Source of the DNA: Lutibacter sp.
GTDB lineage: Bacteria > Bacteroidota > Bacteroidia > Flavobacteriales > Flavobacteriaceae
Assembly: GCA_041652835.1 (NCBI GenBank)
Contig: JBAZGP010000001.1
Coordinates: 1-41,558, forward strand
DNA length: 41,558 nt
Direction: 5' to 3'
Shown: positions 35,980-41,558 of the stretch, one piece after another
Layout of the letters: every line of letters begins with the position of its first letter
Position numbering within the stretch: the first letter of the stretch is position 1
Program-made: the position numbers and the translations under genes
The notes under the pieces: generated by a model
What the model saw: the letters and a program-made list of their open reading frames with translations, nothing else
Told to the model about the DNA's origin: nothing
The model's database searches: none

Positions 35980-36546
35980 ATGAGTCAAAAAACAGAAACA
36001 CCAACAGAAAATGTAGTTGAATTTTTGTACCAAGAAACACAAATTCACTTTTTAGTAAATCCTAATGAAAGGGATGTAATGATTAACGCCACAGAAATGG
36101 CTAAAATGTTTGATAAAAGAATTGATGTTTATTTAAAAACACAACCAACAAAAGCATTTATTGAAGCACTTCAATTTACACCTGTAGGTGGAAATTCAAC
36201 GCCATTATCGTATGAACAAATTATACAAACAAAAGGTCATTTAGGTACTTTTATGCATCGTAAATTAGCTTTAGATTTTGCAGCTTGGTTGGATGTTAAT
36301 TTTAGAGTTTGGATAATTAATACAATTGATGAAATTCTATTTTCAAAAACGGAACCAATTGCAAATGCAGTTTCTTTAAAACAAAAACAAGAATCTGAAC
36401 AAAAGGCTTTAATTGAAAAAGCTACTTTAGAAAAAAATGAAGATTTCTTAAGCTATATTAAACTACAAAAAGCCATTAAAAAAACGACTTCTTTAGAAAA
36501 CAAAGCTTTAAATAATTTAAAATCTCAATATAAAATTAATTTTTAA
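35980..36546 (+). CDS. KilA-N domain protein, copy 3
   Basis: VMINATEMAKMF...GTFMHRKLALDFAAWLDVNFRVWI. Confidence 0.9.
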   Translation: MSQKTETPTENVVEFLYQETQIHFLVNPNERDVMINATEMAKMFDKRIDVYLKTQPTKAFIEALQFTPVGGNSTPLSYEQIIQTKGHLGTFMHRKLALDFAAWLDVNFRVWIINTIDEILFSKTEPIANAVSLKQKQESEQKALIEKATLEKNEDFLSYIKLQKAIKKTTSLENKALNNLKSQYKINF

Positions 36547-36596
36547 CCATCCCCCTCAGGGGGTATAGTTGAATTCAAAAAAAATTATTATCTTTA

Positions 36597-36765
36597 CAAC
36601 GCGAAAAACCAGAAAAACAATGATTTTCAAAAACAATTTTTTAACAATACGGCAGGAGTTCGGAAGCGGTAACGCTCCGACAGTTTCGATTACTTCGGTT
36701 TTCTGGTACTGCGCACCTCCTGCTATTTTTAATCTTCAATATTATGCGAAAACCAGAAGAAACAC
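36597..36765 (+). ncRNA. Putative C4/CI-like antisense RNA or structured leader, copy 2
   Basis: TATCTTTA 36589-36596; stem GCAGGAG/CTCCTGC; inner GTTTTCTGGT..GCGCA complementary to GCGAAAAACCAGAAAA upstream and TGCGAAAACCAGAA at the gene start. Confidence 0.6.
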
Positions 36766-37016
36766 CAAAAGAAAAATCACCATTAAAAATTGAATCCGAA
36801 TTAGCCTATTGGCTCGATGAATTTAACGGGCATTTAGAATTTTTAGAGCATCCGCAAATGAAATTGCACAGCGCTTTAATGTCTTTAGATGATCAATGTT
36901 TTACAGAATCTGAACAAATTACTTTAGCCGCTTTTTTAAACACAGCATTGGCATTAACATTTATTGTAAAAGACAATAAAGAAGCTGTTCAAAAATTTAT
37001 AGAATACAATACTTAA
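36744..37016 (+). CDS. 90-aa hypothetical protein (module copy 2)
   Basis: Paralog of 20217..20486. Confidence 0.75.
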   Translation: MRKPEETPKEKSPLKIESELAYWLDEFNGHLEFLEHPQMKLHSALMSLDDQCFTESEQITLAAFLNTALALTFIVKDNKEAVQKFIEYNT

Positions 37017-37094
37017 AAAAAAACTATCGTTGATAGTAGGGTTGCGAAACATTTTGTACAATTGCTAAAAACCACTCAATCGAGTGGTTTTTTT

Positions 37095-37130
37095 TGTCCT
37101 ATTTTTAGCTGTGCGCCACAAGTAACTTGC
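37095..37130 (+). promoter_or_regulatory. Late-type promoter TGTCCTA-N21-TAACTTGC
   Basis: Upstream of the TMP operon; ATG at 37138. Confidence 0.7.
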
Positions 37131-37137
37131 AGCTATT

Positions 37138-37500
37138 ATGGCAAACGAAAACCAAACTTCAATAGAAAAACAAATCGGCGATAAATACGCTGGTTTACTG
37201 CAAGGCGCTATTCGTTTCGCTATTCAGCAAGAATCCGCTTCATTTTCAACATTGGCATTAAGAACCAAAGTAGTTGCCAAAATAAAAGATGGCCACTTAC
37301 AACGCTTGGTTTTAGAATCTCCAAAACACTCTTTTGTACATCATTACGGTTTTGAAGGAATCCGATCCAACAGGCGAAAATTAAGTTTAGAAACCAAAAA
37401 TCACTTATCAGATTTAAAGCAAATAGCTATTTTAAATGGTTTGGCGAACGAAATAGGCAATTTAAGAGCCGACGAAGTAACTGCAAAAATAAATTTCTAA
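37138..37500 (+). CDS. Putative tail completion/neck protein
   Basis: FVHHYG motif; directly before the TMP. Confidence 0.55.
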   Translation: MANENQTSIEKQIGDKYAGLLQGAIRFAIQQESASFSTLALRTKVVAKIKDGHLQRLVLESPKHSFVHHYGFEGIRSNRRKLSLETKNHLSDLKQIAILNGLANEIGNLRADEVTAKINF

Positions 37501-37504
37501 AGCA

Positions 37505-40462
37505 ATGGCAGAGGAAGATATTAAAAGAAAAATATCCATTTGGATAAACGACAAAGAAGTTAATGACAGCCTTGGAGGAATTGGGCGTGAAATTGGCAAA
37601 CTAAAACGTGAAATAAGAGAAGCTACAGACCCAGCCGACAGGGCGCGGTTAAATAAACAATTAACCGAAACCAAAAAACGTTATGCCGATATTAATACAG
37701 AAATTAATGGCACAAATGGTTTTTTAGACAAAATGAAAGCCAAACTCGGACCCATCGCTTCGGGGTTTTTGGCTGCTTTTTCTATAGGCGCACTTGTTAC
37801 CGGCGCAATGGCCGCATTAAGAGGCGCTACCAAAACAATTAACGATTTTGAACAAGGAATTGCCGATTTAAAAGCGATTACCGGCGCAACTGGCGATGAT
37901 TTAGAATACTTAAAAAAACAGACCATAGATTTAGGTGTAAAAACAAAAGGCGGCGCTATTGCGGTTGTTGAAGCCTACAAATTAATAGCATCTGCCAAAC
38001 CTGAATTATTAGAAGATGTAAAAGCATTAAATGCCGTTACGGAAGCCACACTTATTTTAGCGCAAGCCTCCGGAATGGAATTACCAAAAGCCGCAACCGC
38101 TTTAACGGATGCGATGAATCAATATGGCGTTGATGCAAAAGAAGCTATTCCTTTTGTAGATGCTTTGGCTGCTGGTGCTAAATATGGCGCCGCTGAAATT
38201 GAAAATGAAACCGAATCTTTATTAAAATTTGGTGCCGTTGCCCGTACTTCAAATGTAAATATTAAAGAAAGTGTTGGCTTAATTCAATTAATGGCAGAAA
38301 ACGGTGAAAAAGGCGCTGAAGCTGGTACCAAATTAAGAAACATACTTTTAAAAATTTCTGCTCCGGATGCACTTCCTAAAGAAGCACAGGCAATTTTCAA
38401 GGAATTGGGAATTGATATGGAATTTTTAAAAGACAAATCCATTCCTGTTCAGCAAAAATTAGAAGCTTTAAAACCATTATTGCAAGATAACGCCAATATT
38501 GTAAAAGTTTTTGGAATTGAAAATGCCACAGCTGCTTTAAATGTTTTAGGCCATACCGACAGACTTGCCGAACTGACTTCTAAAATGGGTGAAGTTGGTG
38601 TTGCTTCAGAACAAGCCGCCATTAAAATGGATACAGTTCAGGGGAAATCTGACCTTTTAGCCAGTAAATATGATAGTTTAATACTTTCCGTAAGTACTGG
38701 AGGCGGGGCAGTTTCAAACTTCTTTAAATTCTGGATTGATGGTGCTTCAAGTGCGTTAACAGGTTTAACCAGGCTAAATTCGTCATGGGATGAATTGTAT
38801 GCAAGGGCTCAAAGTGATGGGGAAACAAAAGGGGTTAAATCATTTGCGGAAAGGTTTAATAATTTAGCCGGAACCGGTAATGATGCCGATGTAGCCAAAT
38901 CTGTAAAAGAAGCGGCAAGAAACACTTTATACACGCTTAAACAATCCTATAAAGAAAATGAGGAAGCAATGGCGGCTCACAATCCTTGGGCGCTAAATTT
39001 TAGCGGTGTTTCTCCGAAGGATATGAAAGAAAATAAAGAAAAATTAACCAAAGAAATTGCCGCGTACAATACCATTATTTCTGAAGCTAACAATAAAATA
39101 AATTCGTTTGAAAATCCAAATTTAGGCGCTGGCGTACCAACAACACCGGGAACGCCAACGACGCCAACAGGTTCATTAACCGATGATGAAAGTAAAAAAA
39201 GAGAAGCGGCCGCGAAAAAATATAAAGAAGCTGAAGAACAACTTACGGCAAGTATCAAGCAACAACAAGAACAACGTGCTATAAATCAGAAAGAAGGCTT
39301 AGACAAAGAACTTGCGACTATAGATGAAAAATACCGCATTCAAATTGAAAAGGCAGCCGGACATGATGAACAAATTAAAGAACTCGAAGCTTTACGCGAT
39401 CAGGAAAAACAAGATTTAACATTACAAAGAGCTGCTGAATTTGAAATTAAGAAAAAGGAGTTACAGGATGAAATTGATTTGCAAAATGCAACAACTCAAG
39501 AAGAGGCCGATGCATTAAAATTAACGCTTGATTCTGAAAAGGAAATTTTGGAATTGGATAAATTGGCTCTTTCTGAAATTCAAAAAGGGGAATTAAAAAA
39601 GAAAATCATTGAAAAATACAACAATGATATTGATAAACTTACCGAAGCTGCGGCATTAAAAAGACTTCAAAAACAAGCGGAATTTGATATTCAGGAAATT
39701 AATTTTGAAAAACAAAAATCTGAAATTAAAATTGGGTTAGCGCAACAATTAGGCGGTGTTTTAATTGGTCTTTTAGGTGATTCTTTAGGCGCACAATTGG
39801 CTGCAATTGCACTCAATGCAATAATAGAAGTTGCCAAAATACAAATTGCCACATCCGCAGCACAAGCAATAAATTTAGCACAAGCTGTAGCCTTAGGTCC
39901 TATATTGGGACCGCCAGCAATTGTAGCAGCAAAAATAACGAACGCTAGTTTAGGCGCTACCTCAAAATTACAGCAAGGTGCCGTTATTGGCGCGGCTGCT
40001 ATTAGCGGTTTAGGTGCTGTATTAAAGAAAAAATCCCATTTTGATGGTGGCTATACCGGTGATGAAGTCATTTACCCAGATGAACATGGAGGTATTGTTG
40101 GCGGTGTTCATAAAAATGAATGGGTAGGCCCGGCAATAATGACACAAAACCCAAAGTATGCCGCAAACTTCGCCTATTTAGAAGCCGAAAGGCAAAGGCT
40201 TAAACGCGGTTATTTTGATGGTGGCACAGTTACTGAAAACAAAGCTGCCGGTACTTCATTTATTGCTGAAACTTCAAGTGCTCCAGCAGCAAACTATGAT
40301 CAAAATTTGATTAATGCCATAAATAAAAATTCTGAATTATTAGAATATTTGAAAGTACACGGCATTTTGGCTGTTGTTTCCAACAAAGATTATAAGTCTA
40401 TGAAATTGCTTCAGGAAGGCATTAACGATTACAATGATTTAAGAAACACAAATAAAGTATAA
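37505..40462 (+). CDS. Tail tape measure protein (TP901-like core)
   Basis: FEQGIADLKAITGAT, GAEAGTKLRNIL, long coiled coil, Ala/Gly-rich TM segments, FDGGYTG. Confidence 0.93.
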   Translation: MAEEDIKRKISIWINDKEVNDSLGGIGREIGKLKREIREATDPADRARLNKQLTETKKRYADINTEINGTNGFLDKMKAKLGPIASGFLAAFSIGALVTGAMAALRGATKTINDFEQGIADLKAITGATGDDLEYLKKQTIDLGVKTKGGAIAVVEAYKLIASAKPELLEDVKALNAVTEATLILAQASGMELPKAATALTDAMNQYGVDAKEAIPFVDALAAGAKYGAAEIENETESLLKFGAVARTSNVNIKESVGLIQLMAENGEKGAEAGTKLRNILLKISAPDALPKEAQAIFKELGIDMEFLKDKSIPVQQKLEALKPLLQDNANIVKVFGIENATAALNVLGHTDRLAELTSKMGEVGVASEQAAIKMDTVQGKSDLLASKYDSLILSVSTGGGAVSNFFKFWIDGASSALTGLTRLNSSWDELYARAQSDGETKGVKSFAERFNNLAGTGNDADVAKSVKEAARNTLYTLKQSYKENEEAMAAHNPWALNFSGVSPKDMKENKEKLTKEIAAYNTIISEANNKINSFENPNLGAGVPTTPGTPTTPTGSLTDDESKKREAAAKKYKEAEEQLTASIKQQQEQRAINQKEGLDKELATIDEKYRIQIEKAAGHDEQIKELEALRDQEKQDLTLQRAAEFEIKKKELQDEIDLQNATTQEEADALKLTLDSEKEILELDKLALSEIQKGELKKKIIEKYNNDIDKLTEAAALKRLQKQAEFDIQEINFEKQKSEIKIGLAQQLGGVLIGLLGDSLGAQLAAIALNAIIEVAKIQIATSAAQAINLAQAVALGPILGPPAIVAAKITNASLGATSKLQQGAVIGAAAISGLGAVLKKKSHFDGGYTGDEVIYPDEHGGIVGGVHKNEWVGPAIMTQNPKYAANFAYLEAERQRLKRGYFDGGTVTENKAAGTSFIAETSSAPAANYDQNLINAINKNSELLEYLKVHGILAVVSNKDYKSMKLLQEGINDYNDLRNTNKV

Positions 40463-41517
40463 TGAGTTTTATTCCATACAATACCGCCGATTTTGCTTTT
40501 ACGCTCGATGATTCTAAGTTTTTAGACATTTCAACCCTAAATGAAAACACTTATTTTACGTTGCAATTGGTTATTAAATACTATGATTTTTACGATGCCG
40601 TTCAGCAAACTGAAACCTTAAATTACAAACTACCGCTTTTTAATAAAAAACGCATTTTTAGTGTTGGAGAAATTATTCACAGAAATTTAAGCAGTATTTC
40701 AAGTTTAAATTCTCAACAATTGCAGTATAAAACGGCCTTGGTTGATATTACGATTAAAGAATTTGATTTTTTGGATCCAGAAGCGGTTATTTCTTCTGAA
40801 GAAATGCTGGCAATTAAATTTATTGCGGGGCCGTTACCTGCCTTAATGGATGGAAACAAAGCCTTATTGTCTGTAAACGCAAATGCTTCAAGAGTTACGC
40901 CTATTGGATATGTTTCTGTTAGTTTTTTACTTCCGGCAGGCAATCACACCTTTGAGGTATTAAAAAATGGTGTTGTTGTGGATTCTGAAATTATATCCGC
41001 TACAGCAACTGATAATGTATTTACAAAAACGGTAAAAGTTTGGTTTTATGGAGCATTACCGGGCGATATTTTCACAATGTCAATTAAGGATACTCTTATT
41101 TTAAAAACCATTGAAATTAATGATAATGAACTGTTTTCACATACTATTTTGTTTGTAAATGAATTCAAGTTATTGGAATCGTTGGAGTGTACCGGTGATT
41201 TTTCTTTTCCTGGTGATTATGATCAAATTACCCACAAGTACAAACGCAATTTGATTGAGATTTTAGAAATAATCAGCACTAAAAAAGAAAACAATTTTAA
41301 AGTGGATACAGGTTGGGTTTTAGAAACTGATAATATTACCATCGATAGTTTGTTAATGGGTAAAAAAGCCTGGTTATTAAAAAGAGCCAATAAAGTAGCT
41401 GAGTTGGTTCCAATTTCTAAAAGAAATACTGCCATTGACAGCAAAAGAGAATCTTTTCAATACGATTTAGAGTTTAAAATTAATTCAACTTACAATGCAC
41501 AAAATTATATATTCTAG
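40462..41517 (+). CDS. Tail protein following the tape measure, allele B (complete)
   Basis: TAATG-coupled to the TMP; paralog of 1..1038. Confidence 0.8.
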   Translation: MSFIPYNTADFAFTLDDSKFLDISTLNENTYFTLQLVIKYYDFYDAVQQTETLNYKLPLFNKKRIFSVGEIIHRNLSSISSLNSQQLQYKTALVDITIKEFDFLDPEAVISSEEMLAIKFIAGPLPALMDGNKALLSVNANASRVTPIGYVSVSFLLPAGNHTFEVLKNGVVVDSEIISATATDNVFTKTVKVWFYGALPGDIFTMSIKDTLILKTIEINDNELFSHTILFVNEFKLLESLECTGDFSFPGDYDQITHKYKRNLIEILEIISTKKENNFKVDTGWVLETDNITIDSLLMGKKAWLLKRANKVAELVPISKRNTAIDSKRESFQYDLEFKINSTYNAQNYIF

Positions 41518-41558
41518 TTTTGAATTAGATTTAACTCCTTTTGAAATTACAACGGTTG
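40480..41558 (+). repeat. Diverged direct repeat, copy B
   Basis: Colinear with 1-1079. Confidence 0.95.
41495..41558 (+). CDS. 5' fragment of the tail tip protein, allele B
   Basis: MHKIIYSSFELDLTPFEITTV versus MHKIIYSSYELDLTPFKITTV at 1016. Confidence 0.8.
   Translation, partial: MHKIIYSSFELDLTPFEITTV

Larger units (their letters stand above)
35630..37092. repeat. Accessory module copy 2, bounded by exact 26-bp inverted repeats
   Basis: 35630-35655 is the exact reverse complement of 37067-37092; gene content as in 19086-20486. Confidence 0.9.
1..41558. mobile_element. Temperate phage/prophage of Bacteroidota, about one full genome length (unit ~40,479 bp)
   Basis: Terminase, portal, protease, capsid, tape measure, lysis, primase and integrase remnant all present; the window begins and ends in the same tail gene. 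Confidence 0.95.

Overview
Essentially one complete genome length (~40.5 kb) of an AT-rich temperate siphovirus-type phage or prophage of Bacteroidota, probably Flavobacteriaceae (TAnnTTTG promoters, no Shine-Dalgarno motifs). The window starts and ends in the same tail gene: 1-1079 is colinear with 40480-41558 but is a diverged allele. Gene order: tail tip genes; a collapsed lysogeny module (repressor N-terminus fused in frame to an integrase C-terminus); cro-like, KilA-N and LuxR-like genes; DnaG primase-helicase; accessory genes (ASCH, adenine MTase); iteron-like origin; S49 protease, capsid and tail tube; accessory island; terS, terL, portal and adaptor; SGNH tail spike; lysis genes; a second accessory module; tape measure; tail gene. 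Non-gene structure read directly from the sequence: (1) integron attC-like sites with identical outer flanks at two loci, one with a mini-cassette and a ~1 kb 'giant' site whose loop holds a self-regulated two-gene operon; (2) a duplicated KilA-N module with a covarying C4/CI-like antisense RNA switch; (3) sequence-variable palindromes at the same codon position in all three KilA-N genes; (4) a fixed-spacing TGTCCTA-N21-YAnnTT late-promoter motif. Product calls come from motif recognition and gene context only; no searches were run.
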